In this document: positions 63,737 through 64,000 of the stretch, piece after piece | How the letters are laid out: each line of letters begins with the position of its first letter | Numbering within the stretch: position 1 is the stretch's first letter | From: Lytechinus pictus | Taxonomy: Eukaryota | Length of the DNA stretch: 64,000 bases | Reading direction: 5' to 3' | NCBI RefSeq assembly: GCF_037042905.1 | Contig: NC_087251.1 | Span: 46,254,001 to 46,318,000, forward strand | The notes under the pieces: generated by a model | Database searches by the model: none | Seen by the model: only the letters and a program-made list of their open reading frames with translations | Told to the model about the DNA's origin: nothing | Made by a program: the position numbers and the translations under genes

Positions 63737-64000
63737 GAATTTGCACAATTGTAAGCCAAAATTTTGTTTACCGGGCCGAGCGGCGCGAGTAGCCAGACAG
63801 GAGTCTCCTGGAGCTGGAGATTAGTGTCACTGACGTGCTTAATCTCCAAGGAGCTACAGTAGCCTGGAGGCTTCTGGAGAGTAGTTTTACTGACATAGGC
63901 TTACTCTCCATGAAGCCTGGGACGGGATGGCCATAGGCCCACACACACCGAGTATTTTGGAGACAACAATGTTGCTCCAAAATACTTGATTTCTTTAACT

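Noticed and set aside
62385..63849. Two - strand ORFs sharing AGSTPLHYRYTTLHLPE
   Set aside because: A by-product of the nucleotide repeat. They have non-ATG starts, no recognisable domain, and unrelated flanks.

Overview
AT-rich, intron-containing animal genomic DNA, not prokaryotic. The repeat landscape suggests a sea urchin or other echinoderm (inference only). Three spliced genes on the + strand can be assembled by hand with consistent GT-AG phases: (1) a 9-coding-exon, 572-aa atypical non-RD Ser/Thr kinase with a coiled coil and a STPDTAPYNP decapeptide repeat (4005-8369); (2) a 5-exon, 416-aa secreted C1q-domain protein without collagen (14110-20241); (3) a 7-exon, 316-aa single-domain LAMP5/BAD-LAMP-like membrane protein (27609-34938). 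A 351-aa disordered ORF of unknown function lies on the - strand (48911-49966). Mobile DNA is abundant: a near-intact Penelope-like (probably Naiad-clade) RT+GIY-YIG retroelement in (TA)n with a MITE in its ORF end; a 5'-truncated CR1/L2-group LINE nested in a Helentron/DINE-1-like element; hAT, Tc1/mariner, Kolobok-like, Harbinger-like and CAC..GTG MITEs, including a four-level nest at 53-57 kb; tRNA-derived SINE heads; a 436-bp palindrome inside a 13-bp target-site duplication (TSD); and micro/minisatellites. The most unexplained signal is a set of three covarying hairpins with a shared ACTRACRT loop, next to a duplicated ~120-bp block at 61.6-63.9 kb. All coordinates were read by eye and no database searches were run.
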